Virus record (IMG/VR): IMGVR_UViG_3300020043_003990
Coordinates: 1 to 31,399 of that record
DNA length: 31,399 nt
From: a virus
Lineage: Duplodnaviria; Caudoviricetes
Direction: 5' to 3' (one strand)
Shown here piece after piece: positions 28,038 through 31,399 of this stretch. Below the pieces are notes generated by a model. The model worked only from the letters and a program-made list of their open reading frames with translations, ran no database searches and was not told where the DNA came from. How positions within the stretch are numbered: position 1 is the first letter of the stretch; every line of letters begins with the position of its first letter. The position numbers were made by a program, and so were the translations under genes.

Positions 28038-28850
28038 CTTGAAAACTTGCTACCTGCTGTCTCGCAGAAACGGAGAAAAATGTTATGGGTAACACCATTT
28101 TGAAGTCCACAGAATATGATAAATTCGATGTGGAAACCAACAAACTTATGGGAAATCGAGCCCTAAATAAAAGCCATATACGAAAATTGGCAGACTCGAT
28201 AAACGAAAATGCAGAGTCGCTCGCTTACAATCCAATTATTGTGAATGATGCGTTCCAAATCATTGACGGACAGCACAGGTTCGAAGCGGTAAAAATGCTT
28301 GGACTCCCTATCTATTACGTAGTATGGGAAGGCGCAGACATTAAAGATGCCCAGCGGCTCAACGCCAGCTCTAAGAATTGGAGTCCGCTCGATTATGCGT
28401 TCAGCTATTCTGGACAAGGCAATAAGCACTACGGCACGTATCTTAACTTCCGAGAGCGCTGGGTATTAAACCACGATGTTTTGATCCAGTATCTATCGCT
28501 TGAAGAGCCAATGACCAACTCTATGTTCAAGTCAGGAAAGTTCAAGGCAGTGGATCCAGCCCGCACAGACGAGCTTTGTTCTGCCTTAGAGGATCTGGGC
28601 GAGTTCTGGGATAAGTATAAGCACCGTTCATTCGCTTTGGCGTTTAAGAATATCTGGCTCAATCCATATGGGAAGTATGACCATGAGCGTATGCTGCGCC
28701 AAATGAAGAAGTACGGTAAAAGGTTTTTGCAGGACAACTCTGCGCCAACCGATGCCGAGCGAATGTTTGAGAATATCTACAACTATGGCTATAGCGTAAA
28801 AACTCGCCTTAGCTAACTAATAGTGAGGCAGCAGGTAGTAAGTTTTTAAG
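28038..28850 (+). repeat. 28-bp inverted repeat (28038-28065 / 28823-28850) bracketing the ParB-like gene
   Basis: CTTGAAAACTTGCTACCTGCTGTCTCGC pairs with GTGAGGCAGCAGGTAGTAAGTTTTTAAG: 24 Watson-Crick plus 4 G-U. Confidence 0.9.
28085..28816 (+). CDS. ParB/Srx N-terminal-domain protein
   Basis: NRALNKSHIRKLADSI..PIIVNDAFQIIDGQHRFEA; GGAG RBS. Confidence 0.85.
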   Translation: MGNTILKSTEYDKFDVETNKLMGNRALNKSHIRKLADSINENAESLAYNPIIVNDAFQIIDGQHRFEAVKMLGLPIYYVVWEGADIKDAQRLNASSKNWSPLDYAFSYSGQGNKHYGTYLNFRERWVLNHDVLIQYLSLEEPMTNSMFKSGKFKAVDPARTDELCSALEDLGEFWDKYKHRSFALAFKNIWLNPYGKYDHERMLRQMKKYGKRFLQDNSAPTDAERMFENIYNYGYSVKTRLS

Positions 28851-28859
28851 TAAAGAAGA

Positions 28860-28998
28860 AACGGCAGTTATACTCAGCCGTTATGAGTCGGAGCTTGGGG
28901 AACTCCATTTTGGCAGGTTGGGAAGTCCTGCACTTCTGCTTGTCGGGTAAGCAGACCCTCAGGGGGATAAGCCCTGAATGAGATAGACACCTCCTACT
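28860..28998. ncRNA. Tandem stem-loop array (four hairpins plus a possible pseudoknot)
   Basis: AACGGC/GCCGTT interleaved with ACTCA/TGAGT; then GGAG/CTCC, GCAGG/CCTGC, TCTGCTT/AAGCAGA, TCAGGG/CCCTGA with G-rich loops. Confidence 0.55.
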
Positions 28999-29086
28999 CC
29001 AGATGACCGAGCAGCTTGCGCATGGCTTCAGCCAGTCCATCGGCTACTCGGTAGCAGGCGTTGCGGTAGATCTTCCAGAGGATCAT
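28994..29086 (-). CDS. 30-aa peptide MILWKIYRNACYRVADGLAEAMRKLLGHLE
   Basis: ATGA-coupled to the 29083-29268 gene; same GC3-rich codon style. Confidence 0.55.
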   Translation of the reverse strand: MILWKIYRNACYRVADGLAEAMRKLLGHLE

Positions 29087-29268
29087 TCCACACCGCCGTA
29101 GAGAATGGCTTTGGCTTCTTCTCGAAGCTCGTCAAGCTCTTTCGTGCGTTCGGCAATCTCCGAATGCAGGACATTCATGCGCTGCCTGATTGCTCGCATG
29201 AGCTGGTTCTGTGTTGGACTCATTCCCTCAAAGCTCTCCATCGAGGCGCTCCAGTTCTTCATCGACAT
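29083..29268 (-). CDS. Small coiled-coil hypothetical protein
   Basis: Part of the minus-strand mini-operon; true start may be the ATG near 29224 after GAGGG. Confidence 0.6.
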   Translation of the reverse strand: MSMKNWSASMESFEGMSPTQNQLMRAIRQRMNVLHSEIAERTKELDELREEAKAILYGGVE

Positions 29269-29512
29269 GGCTCGCAGTGTGGTTCACATACGCGTCATAG
29301 TCATTCTCGGACGGGTAATCGTTCGTGATTGTTTCGCACCCGTCAGCCTCCATCGCTTCGCAAAGCTGCTCGCAATCGAAGGCATAGAAGCAACGAGTGG
29401 AATCTTCGTAGTAGGCGTGGTCGAGTTCAGGGAGCTTCCTGAAGCGATACACCTTAGCGGTCTGGTTGGTGAAGACAACGTCCTCACCGTTGACAGTGAT
29501 GGTGAGGTACAT
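29228..29512 (-). CDS. Acidic hypothetical protein (94 aa)
   Basis: AGGGGAAG RBS; downstream of the leftward promoter. Confidence 0.7.
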   Translation of the reverse strand: MYLTITVNGEDVVFTNQTAKVYRFRKLPELDHAYYEDSTRCFYAFDCEQLCEAMEADGCETITNDYPSENDYDAYVNHTASHVDEELERLDGEL

Positions 29513-29542
29513 CTCTTCCCCTTTTTGTAAGGTACTGATTTT

Positions 29543-29620
29543 GTTATGCGCCTATTATTTTTATTCGTCAATATCTTCTTCGCATGGGCTTATTGACATA
29601 CGCACTTAAGGGCGTAGTAT
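29543..29620. promoter_or_regulatory. Divergent promoter pair
   Basis: Leftward TTGACG(29571-29566)-N17-CATAAC; rightward TTGACA(29593-29598)-N16-TAGTAT. Confidence 0.65.
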
Positions 29621-29647
29621 AGCCAACATGATAAACGAGGGCGCATT

Positions 29648-30244
29648 TTGCGTATCAACTTCAAGCTTCTGATTGTATTCATTATCTGCGTACTACTGGG
29701 AATATTTATTAGAAGCTACATAGCTCAAGGATCGACAAATGAAACTCAAAGCAATGTTAAAAGTACTGAAATTGAAAGTTATCTCACAGCGCCCGAAAGC
29801 CCAGACTGGGAAACTATCGTGCAGCCTCAGCTTCAGCGTAGAGCCGAGCAAATAGAAAAGGCACGACTTGCTGAAGAAGCCCGCTTGGCAGCAATAAAAG
29901 CACAAGAAATATCAGAAGCCCTACAACGCGCACAAGCAGCGAAAGCAAGCATTGTACCGAAGCCCGCGCCAAAGGCAATCCAAACCGCTGTAAATACCTC
30001 AGACATGGGTGTGTGGGATAGACTATCCTTATGCGAGTCGGGTGGACGTTGGGATTATAACGGATCCTCTGGCTTTGACGGTGGACTGCAATTCTTGCCT
30101 AGCACGTGGAATGCTATGGCGACAGACTACGCGTTTGCCTGGCAAGCACCAAGAGAAGTTCAGATTGCCGCAGCGCAACGGCTGCAAGCTCGCTCGGGCT
30201 GGGGTCAATGGCCTGCTTGTGCTAGAAAACTTGGACTTATATAA
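29648..30244 (+). CDS. Membrane-anchored resuscitation-promoting factor (Rpf)-like transglycosylase
   Basis: N-terminal TM helix, Ala/Glu-rich stalk, then WDRLSLCESGGRW..GFDGGLQF..STW..APREVQIAAAQRL..GWGQWPAC (Rpf domain with catalytic Glu and both Cys). Confidence 0.92.
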   Translation: MRINFKLLIVFIICVLLGIFIRSYIAQGSTNETQSNVKSTEIESYLTAPESPDWETIVQPQLQRRAEQIEKARLAEEARLAAIKAQEISEALQRAQAAKASIVPKPAPKAIQTAVNTSDMGVWDRLSLCESGGRWDYNGSSGFDGGLQFLPSTWNAMATDYAFAWQAPREVQIAAAQRLQARSGWGQWPACARKLGLI

Positions 30245-30263
30245 AAAGTGATATATAATCACT
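30231..30263 (+). promoter_or_regulatory. Promoter TTGGAC-N17-TATAAT overlapped by palindrome AGTGAT-N5-ATCACT
   Basis: Perfect -10 at 30254-30259; dyad at 30247-30263. Confidence 0.55.
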
Positions 30264-30265
30264 GC

Positions 30266-30452
30266 TAACACGCTCCAGCTCAAATGCCTAGAGGCGTGTG
30301 TAAATAATATCTAGGCGACCACACTAACCGCTCATGCGAGGGTGACGACGGTAGGAGCACTAAAAAACCACCAAGTGACGATTTGGTGGCTCATAGAAGC
30401 CCAAAGGCTTAGGAGTGTTTACTCCAGCTCAGGGTCTAGTTTAGTGTACCCT
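30266..30452 (+). ncRNA. Candidate structured ncRNA of unknown class
   Basis: Two multibranch domains closed by GCTCC/GGAGC and CACTAAA/TTTAGTG, five internal hairpins, repeated GTGACGA and CTCCAGCTCA. Confidence 0.6.
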
Positions 30453-30540
30453 ATGTTCTTTGTCAAAATAATACATCTTTTACCAGCACCAGCCTACCAC
30501 TATGCTCGGATAACAACGGTAGTTATGCATTAAGGGAACT

Positions 30541-30948
30541 ATGACTAAACTTACTTTTACTGAAACACAAGAACTTATAAATAAATATGACATTGGCTAT
30601 ATATACATAGTTAGGGTAGATGAGTATATTAAGATTGGTATATCCAATATGCCAGAACAGAGAATAACTTTAATAAGATCTGATAACCCTAAAAGCCTAG
30701 AAGAAATACTAGTTATTAAAATACCTTATAAGTACAACACAGAGCAGCATATACATAGTTTACTTAAGAAAGCTGGCTGGCACGTTAGGGGTGAGTGGTT
30801 TGAATATAGTAAGGGCTGGCTTGATGAAGTAATAGATATACTTTTCATGCACCTATCAAATAATAAAAAGCACATACGAGCCGATGGTCTAAGCTCACAG
30901 TTTACAGAATCTTTAAGGCAATTAAGAGAATATTTAAAGCAAAAATAA
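30541..30948 (+). CDS. GIY-YIG-like (T5orf172/MUG113) protein
   Basis: GYIYIV..IKIGIS..PEQR..EQHIH..RGEWF. Confidence 0.88.
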   Translation: MTKLTFTETQELINKYDIGYIYIVRVDEYIKIGISNMPEQRITLIRSDNPKSLEEILVIKIPYKYNTEQHIHSLLKKAGWHVRGEWFEYSKGWLDEVIDILFMHLSNNKKHIRADGLSSQFTESLRQLREYLKQK

Positions 30949-30961
30949 GGTATAATAACAA

Positions 30962-31010
30962 CTTACCGTCAGGCATGAACTCGCGTTCTCCACCTGGCGG
31001 TATTTTGTTT
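30962..31010 (+). ncRNA. Small hairpin RNA/terminator with anti-RBS loop
   Basis: TACCGTCAGG/CCTGGCGGTA stem plus TTTTGTTT; TATAAT at 30951-30956; loop TCGCGTTCTCC complementary to 31068-31078. Confidence 0.6.
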
Positions 31011-31020
31011 GGAATAAGAC

Positions 31021-31049
31021 TTGCAATATAATACCGCTAGGCTTATAAT
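31021..31049 (+). promoter_or_regulatory. Strong sigma70-type promoter TTGCAA-N17-TATAAT
   Basis: Near-consensus hexamers with 17-nt spacer. Confidence 0.8.
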
Positions 31050-31080
31050 TAGTGTGTAAGTAATAAAGGAGAACGCGACC

Positions 31081-31242
31081 ATGAAGCAAGCAGTAACAAT
31101 AACCAGACCGAACAATCAGTTTGGCAGCGCAATAAAAGAAACAACTATAGGCTTTCCTGCACAGCGCTTAACTAAGTTTGAAGCGATTGAGTTTCTAGGA
31201 CAGCTTACAAAAGCGCTCGAAGAGGTGTGCAATGAAAAATAA
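31081..31242 (+). CDS. 53-aa hypothetical protein (MKQAVTITRPNNQFGSAIKETT...)
   Basis: AAGGAG RBS after the promoter; below the ORF-track cutoff. Confidence 0.7.
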   Translation: MKQAVTITRPNNQFGSAIKETTIGFPAQRLTKFEAIEFLGQLTKALEEVCNEK

Positions 31243-31399
31243 CTGCGCCCATAAAGACCAAGAACTTTTCTTTGAAGAGTACGATGGCTGGCCTTGCCTA
31301 GTAGAGATCCGCTGCGAAGATTGCGGAGCGGATGTAACTTATATGTACTCAGAGCATGAGCGAGCAGAGATGGAACGCGATGAACGGTCTTTTCAGTTT
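31232..31399 (+). CDS. Cys/His-containing hypothetical protein, 3'-truncated
   Basis: GAGGTG RBS; MKNNCAH...CEDCG; open to the window end. Confidence 0.6.
   Translation, partial: MKNNCAHKDQELFFEEYDGWPCLVEIRCEDCGADVTYMYSEHERAEMERDERSFQF

Noticed and set aside
28038-28850. IS element with terminal inverted repeats
   Set aside because: The enclosed ORF is ParB-like with no transposase motif, no target duplication is evident, and the mismatches are strand-biased G-U
28846-29571. Track ORFs 28846-29040 (-), 29105-29530 (+) and 29284-29571 (-)
   Set aside because: Shadow frames of the better-supported minus-strand genes or of the hairpin array; no convincing RBS
30342-30533. 63-aa ORF; also a hammerhead ribozyme suggested by TGACGA
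   Set aside because: No convincing RBS and it overlaps dense RNA structure; the hammerhead CUGANGA/GAAA core is incomplete
1-31399. Alternative genetic code (TGA or TAG read-through), suggested by the stops in the first HNH
   Set aside because: Core genes are full length in code 11 and end in TGA, TAG and TAA at coupled boundaries; the broken HNH also contains a TAA
1-31399. Integrase, repressor, tRNA or att site
   Set aside because: None recognised, so lifestyle (prophage, plasmid-like or lytic) cannot be settled from this window

Overview
The window is a contiguous segment of a tailed dsDNA phage or prophage with an HK97-type head and a non-contractile tail, almost entirely on the + strand. 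Gene order: (1) ~6.4 kb glycan-modification cluster (five glycosyltransferase domains in four genes, two SAM methyltransferases) interleaved with free-standing HNH endonucleases; (2) packaging and head genes (HNH, TerS, TerL, portal-MuF fusion, four inserted genes including an 843-aa beta-rich protein, prohead protease, major capsid protein); (3) connector and tail genes (tail tube, HNH, -1 frameshifted tail chaperone, short tape measure, Dit/hub-like proteins); (4) lysis (CHAP endolysin between two membrane proteins, no spanins recognised, suggesting a monoderm host; Patescibacteria/Saccharibacteria or Actinobacteria-associated is inference only); (5) an accessory region unusually rich in RNA-level structure. 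That last region holds a ParB-like gene enclosed by a 28-bp 5'/3' stem whose four mismatches are all G-U, followed by a tandem hairpin array, a membrane-anchored Rpf-like transglycosylase, a ~190-nt multibranch ncRNA candidate, and a small hairpin RNA whose loop is the exact complement of the next gene's ribosome-binding site. All calls come from motif reading and synteny by eye; no searches or folding programs were run.
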